From a virus (lineage: Duplodnaviria; Heunggongvirae; Uroviricota; Caudoviricetes): a stretch of 50,280 nucleotides of DNA. The translations under genes and the position numbers were made by a program. The stretch is taken from IMG/VR virus record IMGVR_UViG_3300032046_000003, positions 128,001 through 178,280 of that record. The stretch is one strand, 5' to 3'. Under the pieces are notes generated by a model. That model saw nothing but the letters and a program-made list of their open reading frames with translations. It did no database searches and was not told where the DNA came from. Shown piece by piece: positions 27,037 through 36,203 of this stretch (positions are counted from its first letter, which is position 1; each line of letters begins with the position of its first letter).

Positions 27037-29237
27037 CCAAGAAAAAAATTAAAGTAATAACAAAACAATCTAAAGCAGATACTACTGACAAATCACTTAA
27101 TGTAGAATCTTTTTCTACTTATGAAATGATAACTGAGTGGGATAAATCTAGAGTCGCTGATAGTCTGCAAAAAGAAGCCGGAGTGACTGAAAAATTAGCA
27201 AAAGATATAGCAAACGCGGTAGAGAACAAATTATTAAAACTCGAGATTGAAAGCATTTCAACAGAATTCATCAGGTCTTTGGTTGATGAGGAATTGCTTA
27301 TAAGGGGCGAAAAGAAAAAGCTCCAAAAACAAAAAGCATTAATTATACCCACTTATGATTTAGAGCAAGTATTGTTCGATAAAACTAATGAGAATAGTAA
27401 TGTTCAATCAAATAGTCCCGAGGCAGTAAACATGTTTATAGCCGAGTCTATATTAAAACAATATGCTCTTAACCGAGTATTTTCTACTGAGGTCGCCAAT
27501 TCACATCTGAACGGAGAAATACATCTACACGATTTAGGGTATATTGACAGGGTATACAGTCTAGACGGGTTAAATAGTACCATAGAGATTAAAAGTGGCA
27601 TAAATGGGCCATCTAGAAAAATTTGTATGAAAAATTTATATGATGTTATATGCGAAGAGGAATTATATGATCCAGAATTAGATGCACATATAAAATATCC
27701 CAAAGATTTATTTATTAGGGATAAAAATGAATGGGTGGAGCTAAAAAAAGTATTAAAACACAAAACAGATAAGAAAATTTTAAAAATAGACACAACAGAA
27801 GGGGATAGCCTATGGGTTACAGAAGATCATCCTTGCATAATTTTAGAAAATGAAATAGAGATTACAAAACAGGCAAAAGATTTAAAAGAGAACGATATAT
27901 TGTTAAAAATTATATTAATAAATGCGTCAGAAAGGTTAAAAGTGTTTATGCAACAAGTTAAAATAAAAAAAATACAAAAAGTAATTAATTCAAGCGATTT
28001 TGTTTATGACGTAACTACAAAATCAGGAACGTTTATATGCAATAACTTATTAATTCACAACTGTTCATCTCATTCATTAGAATACATAAAGAAATATGGA
28101 TTAAGTTTGCAGAATCTGTCAACAAAATCGTCACCTGCGAAATATGCTTTAACGTTAACAGGTCATTTAAATACTTTCCTAGCTTCAATGCAGGCTTTTT
28201 ATGCAGGAGCCCTAGGAATAAGCTACGTGAATATATTTTATGCTCCGTTTTTATTAGGAATGACTAAAAAAGAATTAAAGCAACAGGCTCAATACCTTAT
28301 ATTTTCATGTTCTCAAAATGCTTTTAGCAGGGGAGGGCAGACTTTATTTATAGACTTTAATATACATTTAGGAGTACCTAGCATATTAGCAGATGTTCCA
28401 ACAATAGGTCAAAATGGTAAATATATTACTGAATTAATAATCGATGGTATGGAACCATCAGAACAAAGAAGAGAAAACAAGGAATTCAGAGAATCTTTAT
28501 GGATATTGACTAAAGAAAGAGACGAATTGACGCATGAGAAAATATTACAATATTATGAGTTATTTCCGCTAGAATATGAAGGCAAGAAAATAATAGAATA
28601 CATAAGACTTAGAGCTTATCATACAAGGCAATTAACATATAAAGATTTTGAGAAAAAATCTCAAGAATTTGCTCAAGCCTTAATGGAAGTATGGCACGAG
28701 GGCGATTCTAATCACGGAGTATTCCCATTTCCTAAATTTGACCTACATGTTAATGAAGAGTGCTTTACTGATGAAACTCAAAAAAAACTAATGGAATATG
28801 CCTGCGAGTTGTCGGCAGACAAAGGAATAACATATTTCTTCTTTGATAGGTCAGAGGCTCAATTGGCGCAATGCATTTCTGGTAATTCATTGATCAAGAT
28901 TAATAATAAAAAAGTACAAATTGAAGATTTATTTGAAAAATTAAGTAAAAATGTCGAAAAAAGACAAGATGGCTCTGAAGTTATAAAAATTAAAAATATA
29001 AAAATTGATGATTTTGATATAAAAAATAACAAAAAAGAGAATGTAAATATGAATGCATTGATGAGAAAAAAATATAAAGGTAATATTATTAAAACAATGA
29101 TTAATAATAAAGAATTAATTTGTACGCCCGATCATAAATTTACTGTTAAATGTAAAAAAAATAATGAGTTAATTGAAATAACTGCAGAAAAATTATATGA
29201 AAATAAAGATTTATATTTAATCCCAATGGAGAATTAA
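27033..29237 (+). CDS. nrdD: anaerobic ribonucleoside-triphosphate reductase NrdD, N-terminal fragment (ATP cone, cis intein, ends in N-intein)
   Basis: ATP cone, GEIHLHDL, SRGGQTLF, FPFPK; ends AQ|CISGNS...CTPDH. Confidence 0.9.
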   Translation: MTKKKIKVITKQSKADTTDKSLNVESFSTYEMITEWDKSRVADSLQKEAGVTEKLAKDIANAVENKLLKLEIESISTEFIRSLVDEELLIRGEKKKLQKQKALIIPTYDLEQVLFDKTNENSNVQSNSPEAVNMFIAESILKQYALNRVFSTEVANSHLNGEIHLHDLGYIDRVYSLDGLNSTIEIKSGINGPSRKICMKNLYDVICEEELYDPELDAHIKYPKDLFIRDKNEWVELKKVLKHKTDKKILKIDTTEGDSLWVTEDHPCIILENEIEITKQAKDLKENDILLKIILINASERLKVFMQQVKIKKIQKVINSSDFVYDVTTKSGTFICNNLLIHNCSSHSLEYIKKYGLSLQNLSTKSSPAKYALTLTGHLNTFLASMQAFYAGALGISYVNIFYAPFLLGMTKKELKQQAQYLIFSCSQNAFSRGGQTLFIDFNIHLGVPSILADVPTIGQNGKYITELIIDGMEPSEQRRENKEFRESLWILTKERDELTHEKILQYYELFPLEYEGKKIIEYIRLRAYHTRQLTYKDFEKKSQEFAQALMEVWHEGDSNHGVFPFPKFDLHVNEECFTDETQKKLMEYACELSADKGITYFFFDRSEAQLAQCISGNSLIKINNKKVQIEDLFEKLSKNVEKRQDGSEVIKIKNIKIDDFDIKNNKKENVNMNALMRKKYKGNIIKTMINNKELICTPDHKFTVKCKKNNELIEITAEKLYENKDLYLIPMEN
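27558..28061 (+). mobile_element. cis mini-intein (168 aa) in NrdD
   Basis: Starts SLDG after RVY, block B VTEDHP, ends VYDVTT...IHN followed by Cys; no endonuclease domain. Confidence 0.85.
28872..29237 (+). mobile_element. split intein N-half (NrdD)
   Basis: CISGNSLI...LICTPDHKF then stop. Confidence 0.85.
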
Positions 29238-29242
29238 TAAAA

Positions 29243-30214
29243 ATGTGTAAAAATATGATTAAAAATAAAAAAGGTAGACCTAAAATAGAAAGACAGTTTA
29301 AAACATGTAAATGTGGTAAAAATTTCGAATGTAGGATAACAGAAAATAGGAAATATTGTTCATTAATATGTTGGTATAAATTTGGCGATAAAACTAAAGA
29401 AAATAATCCAGCATGGAAAGAAAGGGAAACTCACTATTGTCAATGTGGTTGTAATGAAATATTTGAAACAATAATAACATCTAAAAGAAGATTTATTAAT
29501 GGTCATCAAATGAGAGGCATAAAGCGTAGCGATGTAACAAGAGCAAAATTAAGGGAAGCGGCTAAAGGAAGATTTACTTTAAAATGGTATATAGAAAGAT
29601 ATGGAGAAAATGAAGGTGAAAGGAAATACATAGAACGCAATAAAAAGACAGTTTCTAACAATTTAGAGGCATTAACAGTTAAATATGGGAAAGTTGTTGC
29701 TAAAGAAAAATTTGATAATTATCTCAAAAAATGGAAAAGACAATACATTGAAGAATTTTGGATTGAAAAATTTGGCGAAAAGATTGGTAAAGAAAAATAT
29801 ATTAAGAGAATGAATAAGCTTTTTCCCAATTGTTCATCAAAGATCTCTCAAGAATTATTTTTTAAATTATACAATAAATTAAATTTATCTAAATACAAAT
29901 ATGTTTATTTTGACAAATTAAATCATGAATTCTCATGTGGAACTAGATATAATTTTGATTTCGTAATAAATGATATTAAAAAGATAATTGAATTTAACGG
30001 TGATAAATTTCATGCTAATCCTTCTATTTATAAAGCTGAAGACGTTTCTAATCCATTTGAAAAATTAACAGCTAAAGAAATTTGGGAAAATGATAGTATC
30101 AAAATAAATAAAGTTTTAAATAAGGGATATAAAGTACTTGTTATTTGGGAAAGTGATTATTATAAAAATAAAGAAAAAACTTTTAAAAAATGTAAAGAAT
30201 TTTTAGAGGAGTAA
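29243..30214 (+). mobile_element. free-standing Vsr/DUF559-like homing endonuclease between the NrdD split-intein halves
   Basis: CxCG and CSLIC Zn motifs, FDFV...IIEFNGDKFH, GYKVLVIWE. Confidence 0.85.
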
Positions 30215-30218
30215 AAAA

Positions 30219-31175
30219 ATGAAATTTCGTGAAATAGATGATATAAAAATAGAAAAATATGATGGATATGTTTATGATTTAGAAACAGAAAAATATAATC
30301 ATTATGCTGCAAATGATTTTATAATACATAATTGCTGTCGTCTTCGAGAAACTATAACAGATATGACTATGGTTAAAAATCCTGAAAGTTTGAGATTTTG
30401 TGGGTTCCAAAACGTGACTATTAATCTTCCGCAAGCTGCTTATAGGGGTAAGGGTGATTTTAATAAAACTGTAGATGAAATAATCTGGGCAATGAAAATA
30501 GCTATGAAAGCCCATCTGCAGAAAAAGAAGTTTATACAAAGTTTAATGGACGATGAAAATAAACCTCTTTGGCAAGTAGGAAAACCATCTGAAGACGGAA
30601 AACCATATATCGACTTAGAAAAGTCAACATATATTATAGGAATGCTAGGATTAAATGAGTGCGTTCAAAGAATAATGGGAAAACAGTTGCATGAATCGGA
30701 TGATGCGTTGAATATGGGTATAAAAATAGTCGCTCATATGTATTCCGAATGTAAAGAATTTGCCAAAGAATATAAATTAAAAGTCGTATTAGAAGAATCT
30801 CCTGCAGAAAGTGCGGCAGCTAGATTGGCTAAAATAGACTTGAATAAATTTCCAGAGGCTAAAAAGTATATTAAAGGCAATAAAGATAACGGAGATGTAT
30901 ATTATACGAATTCTACTCATTTTACCGCAGATGCAGATATTGATATATTAGACAGGATAGACAAACAATCTAAATTCAATCAACTTATAGAGGCAGGAGC
31001 CATAACGCATGTTTTCTTAGGAGAGCAAAGGCCCACAAAAGAAGCAGTATTTAATTTGGTAGAAAAGACATGGAGAAATACTCAATCAGCTCAATTAACG
31101 TTAAGTCCTGAATTGATAATATGTCATGATTGCGGAAGGGTGACCAGAGGCTTTTCTCAAGTTGAAGATGAATAG
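30219..31175 (+). CDS. nrdD: NrdD middle fragment, beginning with 38-aa C-intein
   Basis: VYDLET...IIHN|CCRL, VTINLPQ, IGMLGLNE, EESPAES, YYTNS; ends with only CHDC, no glycyl-radical motif. Confidence 0.9.
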   Translation: MKFREIDDIKIEKYDGYVYDLETEKYNHYAANDFIIHNCCRLRETITDMTMVKNPESLRFCGFQNVTINLPQAAYRGKGDFNKTVDEIIWAMKIAMKAHLQKKKFIQSLMDDENKPLWQVGKPSEDGKPYIDLEKSTYIIGMLGLNECVQRIMGKQLHESDDALNMGIKIVAHMYSECKEFAKEYKLKVVLEESPAESAAARLAKIDLNKFPEAKKYIKGNKDNGDVYYTNSTHFTADADIDILDRIDKQSKFNQLIEAGAITHVFLGEQRPTKEAVFNLVEKTWRNTQSAQLTLSPELIICHDCGRVTRGFSQVEDE

Positions 31176-31204
31176 TTTAATTTTTATAATAAATGTATTA
31201 TAAT
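31175..31204 (+). promoter_or_regulatory. phage promoter, motif A
   Basis: GTTTAA-13 nt-TGTATTATAAT directly upstream of tRNA. Confidence 0.65.
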
Positions 31205-31212
31205 AAATATCT

Positions 31213-31283
31213 GGCGTCATCGGCTAACGGTAGGCCAGCGGGCCTTCAACTCGCTAACAAGGGTTCGACTCCCTTTGGCGCCA
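31213..31283 (+). tRNA. tRNA-Glu(TTC), atypical C33
   Basis: GGCGTCA/TGGCGCC acceptor, GCGGG-CCTTCAA-CTCGC anticodon arm, AAGGG-TTCGACT-CCCTT T arm. Confidence 0.8.
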
Positions 31284-31306
31284 TAATTAAATTATAAGGA
31301 GATAAC

Positions 31307-31600
31307 ATGAATTGGTTAGAAAAAATGGATAAATTGCCAGAAAAAATTACTGATATATTTTCTAATAAATGTCCTAAATGTCATAAGAAAATATATAATT
31401 GGACAAAAACATATAGATTGTATTTTTTTAGAGTTAAAGGTAAATGGTTTGGTACTTATAGGAATCAAGAAACTATAGACAATGTAGTTTATTATCAAGA
31501 TAAGAATTTTGAAAAATTAATAGAAAAACTTTATAGGTGGACAAGGAAGTATAAAAATTGGATAAGGGCTGGAGAGGAATACGAAAAAAAAGGAGGTTGA
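31307..31600 (+). CDS. hypothetical protein (CxxC)
   Basis: AAGGAG RBS; CPKC. Confidence 0.55.
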   Translation: MNWLEKMDKLPEKITDIFSNKCPKCHKKIYNWTKTYRLYFFRVKGKWFGTYRNQETIDNVVYYQDKNFEKLIEKLYRWTRKYKNWIRAGEEYEKKGG

Positions 31601-31603
31601 AAA

Positions 31604-31762
31604 ATGGACAAAAAGAAAAAAGTAATCTGTTGCAAAGAATGCGGCTCAGAAAATGTTGATTTATTGACGCGCATAGTTGGATATTTTAGTTCTATCAAAG
31701 TTTGGAATAAATCTAAAAAACAAGAACTGAAAGCCCGTCAGAAAGGAAAGTATAAATTATGA
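31604..31762 (+). CDS. nrdD: NrdD C-terminal glycyl-radical domain as a separate 52-aa protein, not in ORF track
   Basis: AAGGAGG RBS; MDKKKKVICCKECGSENVDLLTRIVGYFSSIKVWNKSKKQELKARQ = CxxC plus RxxGY plus WNxxKxxE signature. Confidence 0.85.
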   Translation: MDKKKKVICCKECGSENVDLLTRIVGYFSSIKVWNKSKKQELKARQKGKYKL

Positions 31763-32328
31763 TTTTAGAAAAAGAAGTCAATCTTATTCAAGATATAGAG
31801 ATAAAAGAAAATACTCGTAGGCTGGTAGACAAATACGAGGAGAAAATAAAAACTCAACCAACAAGTTTAAGCGGAAAATATCACAGAAGTGATCCTGTTG
31901 TTGAACTTCATTTACGCAGAACGACCTGGTTCGCGAATGAATTGTGTAGAGAATTTAATGTTATAGGCATAGAGAGAGATAGCATTATTTCTGCATCGAT
32001 ACTTCATGATGTGGGCAATTACGAATTTTCTCACAAAGGCAATGTAGAAAAGTGTGCCAATTATTACCCAGCAACGGGATGGTGCAGAATGTTTCCTCTT
32101 GATCAGCATCCTTTAGAGGGCAAAAAGATAATTGACGAAAAGTCATTTAAAAAGTCAGAAGAGATAGGCAGAATGGTAGCTAGTCACATGAGTCATTGGC
32201 ACAAAAATTGCCCTCAGCCCACTAAACTAGATGAATATATAGTTTGTATTGCTGATTATTTTGCTTCAAAAGAAGAAGTTTCGGTTGAAGGAATTAATTT
32301 AAGTCAGGCTAAAGAAATAGCGAAATAA
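31759..32328 (+). CDS. HD-domain phosphohydrolase
   Basis: H...ILHDVG...H...SHM...IADY. Confidence 0.8.
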   Translation: MILEKEVNLIQDIEIKENTRRLVDKYEEKIKTQPTSLSGKYHRSDPVVELHLRRTTWFANELCREFNVIGIERDSIISASILHDVGNYEFSHKGNVEKCANYYPATGWCRMFPLDQHPLEGKKIIDEKSFKKSEEIGRMVASHMSHWHKNCPQPTKLDEYIVCIADYFASKEEVSVEGINLSQAKEIAK

Positions 32329-32339
32329 GGAGGTATAAT

Positions 32340-32513
32340 ATGAATGAAAGTGAATGTTTAAAGATGGGTGGACATTGTTGGGATAATAAAAATGCAATAA
32401 TGACTGATAGTTTAGGAAATGCAGTAGTTCCTGTAAGATTTAAGCAGGTATGTAAACATTGTGATAAAACAGAATTTAAAACAATGGATGAAATGTTGAA
32501 AGAAGAAAGATAA
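32340..32513 (+). CDS. small Cys/His protein (57 aa), not in ORF track
   Basis: AAGGAGGT RBS; C..GGHCW...CKHC. Confidence 0.55.
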   Translation: MNESECLKMGGHCWDNKNAIMTDSLGNAVVPVRFKQVCKHCDKTEFKTMDEMLKEER

Positions 32514-32514
32514 C

Positions 32515-32874
32515 ATGGATATAAGAGGCTGGCATAAAGTGAGCTTACTGGATTATCCAGACAAGGTAAGCACATTAATTTTCACTTATGGATGCAATAG
32601 AAGGTGTCCATATTGTGTGTCAAACGACACTAAAATAACTTTAAAAAATGGTAAAACAAAAAGAGCCGATTTAATTAATGTGGGAGATATTTTAAAAACA
32701 CCTTTCGGAAAAACCAAAGTTACGACTTATATAGAAGACATAAAAGAACTTTATGAGATTAAATTTAAAGGTGGTAAAAAAATTAAAGTAGGCAAAAATC
32801 ATTTATTTATGAGTGAAAAGAATTTAAAAAAAGTAAAGAATTTAAAAATAGGGGATATAATTTATGGTGTGTAA
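32515..32874 (+). CDS. nrdG: NrdG activase N-terminal fragment plus split intein N-half
   Basis: SLLDYPDK...GCNRRCPY|CVSNDT...NHLF...LKIGD. Confidence 0.85.
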   Translation: MDIRGWHKVSLLDYPDKVSTLIFTYGCNRRCPYCVSNDTKITLKNGKTKRADLINVGDILKTPFGKTKVTTYIEDIKELYEIKFKGGKKIKVGKNHLFMSEKNLKKVKNLKIGDIIYGV

Positions 32875-33652
32875 TTTAAATAATAGCTTAAGAATGAAAT
32901 TAAACAATCCAATGAAAAATAAATTAATTGTTAAAAAAGTTATGAACACTAAAAAAATAAATCATGTTTATGAAAAAATGGCTAAGAATGCCATAGGAAA
33001 AAAAATGTTAAAAGAATCAATTTTAAAAAGACAGAAAACTTATTATAAGAACAATCAGCATATTAAATCTTCTAATAGAATGAAGATTAATAATCCAATG
33101 TTCAGAGTTAATATTAAACAAAAGATGAAAAATACATTTAAAAATAAAACTTTCAAAGAAAGAGAAATTATTAATAATAAGATTTTAGAAACCAAAAATA
33201 AAACTGGATGCTATAAAAATATGTCCAAAAATATGAAAAAAAATAATCCTATGTTTAATGAAAATACAGTTAAAAAGATGGTCAAAACTATGTATGAGCT
33301 TTGGCCAAATAAAAAAAGTGGATTAGAAAAAAAATATGAGAAAATATTTTATATATTAGATAAAAAAATTGAATTTGTAGGTAATGGTTCAGTTTGGATT
33401 AAAAGACAAAACCCTGATTTTATATTGAGAAGTAAAAAGAAAGTTATTGAAATGACTTCACATTGGTTTTATAGAACTAAAAATAATTATGCCATTAATA
33501 GAATAAAAAAATATAATGAATGTAATTGGAATTGTCTAGTCATTTTCATAGATAAGGATAAATTTAATGATAGCTTAAGATTACAAATACTAGATTATTT
33601 AAAACATGATTATTCAGGGGTAATAGAATATGGCAAACTTGAAAAAATATAA
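32864..33652 (+). mobile_element. free-standing homing endonuclease between the NrdG split-intein halves
   Basis: NNPM repeats, NPDF...KVIEM..HW, WNCLVI. Confidence 0.8.
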
Positions 33653-34334
33653 AATTTTGAGTATAAAAAAAATAGGATATGACAAAGTTATAGATTTTTC
33701 ATGTGAACCAATACCATATTATATATCTAATAATATGATTTCGCATAATTGTCATAATCCAAAATTAGTCTTAGTGAGAAACAAATGGAAATTGACTGAA
33801 AGAATAAAAGAAGACAAAATCATAAATTTCATTAAGAGTAAAAACAAGACTAAAAAATGGGTGGATGCTATTTCCATATGTGGCGGTGAGCCTACGACCC
33901 AATGGAGTTTGATCAAGTTCTGCGAGAAGATAAAAAAAGAATTAGGAATACTTATTAAGGTTGATACAAATGGAACTAACCCCAGAATGCTCAGAAAATT
34001 AATAAGTAGGAAATTGGTTGATTACGTGGCAATGGATGTTAAAGTGGATTTATTCAATAGGCGGAACTATAATCTCAGCATCAAGCTAGTAAAGAAGATG
34101 AAAAATTATGAATTTCGTTTGACAGCGGTTCCAACATTGGTTAAAGACGACAATATAGAACAAATAGCAGAAAAGTTCAAAGGAGCCAAGAGGTTCTATA
34201 TTCAGCAGTTCAACAACAAGGTTAATATGCTGAATAACAAATATAAGGATATAAAGCCTTATAAGCGGGCGACATTGGAAGAATGGTGCAAGAAAATCAA
34301 GAAAAATTTTGATAGATGCGAGGTGCGCGCGTAA
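33630..34334 (+). CDS. nrdG: split intein C-half (40 aa) plus NrdG C-terminal fragment
   Basis: VIDFSC...ISHN|CHNP, ICGGEPT, KVDTNG, DYVAMDVK, YEFRLTAVP. Confidence 0.88.
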   Translation: MANLKKYKILSIKKIGYDKVIDFSCEPIPYYISNNMISHNCHNPKLVLVRNKWKLTERIKEDKIINFIKSKNKTKKWVDAISICGGEPTTQWSLIKFCEKIKKELGILIKVDTNGTNPRMLRKLISRKLVDYVAMDVKVDLFNRRNYNLSIKLVKKMKNYEFRLTAVPTLVKDDNIEQIAEKFKGAKRFYIQQFNNKVNMLNNKYKDIKPYKRATLEEWCKKIKKNFDRCEVRA

Positions 34335-34367
34335 TGTGTTTTAAACAAATTCTATGTTTGTTGGGTA

Positions 34368-34396
34368 TGTACAAAGATGAAAAAATATGTTATAAT
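34368..34396 (+). promoter_or_regulatory. sigma70-type promoter
   Basis: TGTACA-17 nt-TATAAT with extended TG, same layout as 48758-48786. Confidence 0.55.
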
Positions 34397-34417
34397 AGTA
34401 TTAGAGAAGAAGATAAG

Positions 34418-34885
34418 GTGAATGAACCTGTAAAGCTTTTACGACCAGTTCAAAAAGATATTAAAGAGGGGATGTTATTCGGAGAAGTCTATCCTGCAGA
34501 AATACAAAAGATGACGGGAAAGACTTCTCATATGGGCATAGATTATTTAGCGCCAGTAGGAGTTAAGTGTTATGCTTCAGGAGGAGAAATAGTCAACGTT
34601 TACGATGATAAAACTTTGTTCGGGTTATATGTAGTTGAGAAGGTAATAATAGATGCAGAGAATACTATATTTTCATACTTTGCACATTTGTCAGAAGCAC
34701 TAGTTAAAATAGGAGACAAAACGGAAAGAGGTCAAATTATAGGTTTGTCTGGATGTAGTGGGGATGCCACGCAGAACGGGATTCCTCATCCTCATCTTCA
34801 TTTCGAGGTACGATTAAATAGTAGATTGCCAAGTGCGGCTATTAATCCAGAGCCATATATAAGCGTTGTAGACGAGGTGATTTAA
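34418..34885 (+). CDS. M23 family peptidase (peptidoglycan hydrolase)
   Basis: HMGIDY, YFAHLS, GLSGCSG, PHLHFEV; GTG start at 34418 inferred from upstream promoter. Confidence 0.85.
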   Translation: MNEPVKLLRPVQKDIKEGMLFGEVYPAEIQKMTGKTSHMGIDYLAPVGVKCYASGGEIVNVYDDKTLFGLYVVEKVIIDAENTIFSYFAHLSEALVKIGDKTERGQIIGLSGCSGDATQNGIPHPHLHFEVRLNSRLPSAAINPEPYISVVDEVI

Positions 34886-35140
34886 ATGAATAATAAAGAA
34901 TGGTTAATAGACGAATTTAAATGTGCTTGGGGAGATAGCAAAGAATACGAAAAATGGAGGATAGGCCCCAAAGATGCATGGTTTTGGACTGGAACCGTAG
35001 AATCAGAAAGGTCAGCAGAACCTATAGTAGAAAAAATAAAATTTTATAGAAAAAAGAAAAAGAGCAAAAGAATACACAAACTAAAGCATAACGCTCTCAA
35101 TAAGATGAAGAAAATAGGAATTATAGACGAGGCCATATAG
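34886..35140 (+). CDS. hypothetical protein
   Basis: GAGGTG RBS. Confidence 0.5.
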   Translation: MNNKEWLIDEFKCAWGDSKEYEKWRIGPKDAWFWTGTVESERSAEPIVEKIKFYRKKKKSKRIHKLKHNALNKMKKIGIIDEAI

Positions 35141-35169
35141 TTCAAGTTTTGTGTTAAATGCATTATAAT
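35140..35169 (+). promoter_or_regulatory. phage promoter, motif A (heads the HAD-Ubl-E2-JAB-E1 unit)
   Basis: GTTCAA-13 nt-TGCATTATAAT. Confidence 0.7.
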
Positions 35170-35180
35170 AGGAGATATTA

Positions 35181-35411
35181 ATGAGAATAGAATCATCAAT
35201 AGCAGACGAAATAATAAAAATGTTAAAAGGTAGAAAAATTAAGGATGCCATTGACAAATTAGAGGGACTGAAATGTAAACATCATATCCCTTTACCATAT
35301 AATGTCACGCATGCGTCAGGTTACGGGTTGAAAAAAAATAAAACATATAAGCGTTGTTCAATATGCGATGAAATATACGAAGAGATTAAGCCTAAAAGTT
35401 GGAGGGCATAA
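35181..35411 (+). CDS. small Cys/His protein
   Basis: CKH...CSIC; AGGAG RBS. Confidence 0.55.
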   Translation: MRIESSIADEIIKMLKGRKIKDAIDKLEGLKCKHHIPLPYNVTHASGYGLKKNKTYKRCSICDEIYEEIKPKSWRA

Positions 35412-35872
35412 TGACCAGAAAAAAAGAGGCCGTGATATGCGACATTGACGGAACAGCGGCATGTGATATGCCTAGGTGGAGTGCGGCGACCAATAACACT
35501 AATAAATTGAAAAATGTCAATTGGGATATTTACTTTGACGAGAACTTGCTGTTAAACGACAAGCCTATTAAAGAAATAAAAAAAATAGTATTGAAATATT
35601 TTTCAGAAGGTAAACAGATAATATACTTGACAGGAAGGCATGGTAAACTTTTAGGTATCACCAAAAAATGGCTTAAAAACAACAATTTTCCAATAGGAAT
35701 AGTGTTAATGAGAGAAAATGACGATTATGAAAACATATTTAATTTTAAAACAAGCAAAATAAAAGAAGTATTAAAGAAATATAATGTAGTATTTGCATTG
35801 GGCGATTTAAAAGAAGACAAAGCAGCTTATGATTCATTTGGAATACCAAATTTTATTGTAAAAGGGGGGTGA
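35411..35872 (+). CDS. HAD phosphatase (T4 PNKP 3'-phosphatase-like)
   Basis: ICDIDGT, YLTGR, LMR, FK, LGD. Confidence 0.85.
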   Translation: MTRKKEAVICDIDGTAACDMPRWSAATNNTNKLKNVNWDIYFDENLLLNDKPIKEIKKIVLKYFSEGKQIIYLTGRHGKLLGITKKWLKNNNFPIGIVLMRENDDYENIFNFKTSKIKEVLKKYNVVFALGDLKEDKAAYDSFGIPNFIVKGG

Positions 35873-35879
35873 AAAAGTT

Positions 35880-36101
35880 ATGGCAGAAATTACATTCCAT
35901 CGTCTTGGTGGAGATGTGTCTAAGTTGAACATAACAGAGGAAATATCTGTTAAGGATGCGTTAGACAGGGCAGGTGTAAAGTATCAAACCGGTGATGACA
36001 TCAGAATCCAAGGCAAATCTGTGGGGCTTGATACGAAGATTACCCCTGATCAAGCGCAGTTTGTCACAGCAGTCCCGAAAGTCAAAGGGGGTATTCACTA
36101 A
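35880..36101 (+). CDS. ubiquitin-like (beta-grasp) protein with GG plus 2-residue extension
   Basis: 73 aa ending PKVKGG-IH; adjacent to E2, JAB, E1. Confidence 0.8.
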   Translation: MAEITFHRLGGDVSKLNITEEISVKDALDRAGVKYQTGDDIRIQGKSVGLDTKITPDQAQFVTAVPKVKGGIH

Positions 36102-36203
36102 AATTTTAGTGTGATAGGGATTAAGGACGGTGAGTCCGCCGATAAAAATTGGGAGCATTGGACATCTTTACCAAAACCTTAGTTCCGTGTAAAGGAGAAA
36201 AAA

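Noticed and set aside
31176-31603. Group I/II intron joining the NrdD middle fragment to its radical domain
   Set aside because: The interval holds a promoter, a tRNA and an ORF, no intron core was recognised, and the downstream piece has its own strong RBS; only RT-PCR would fully exclude it.
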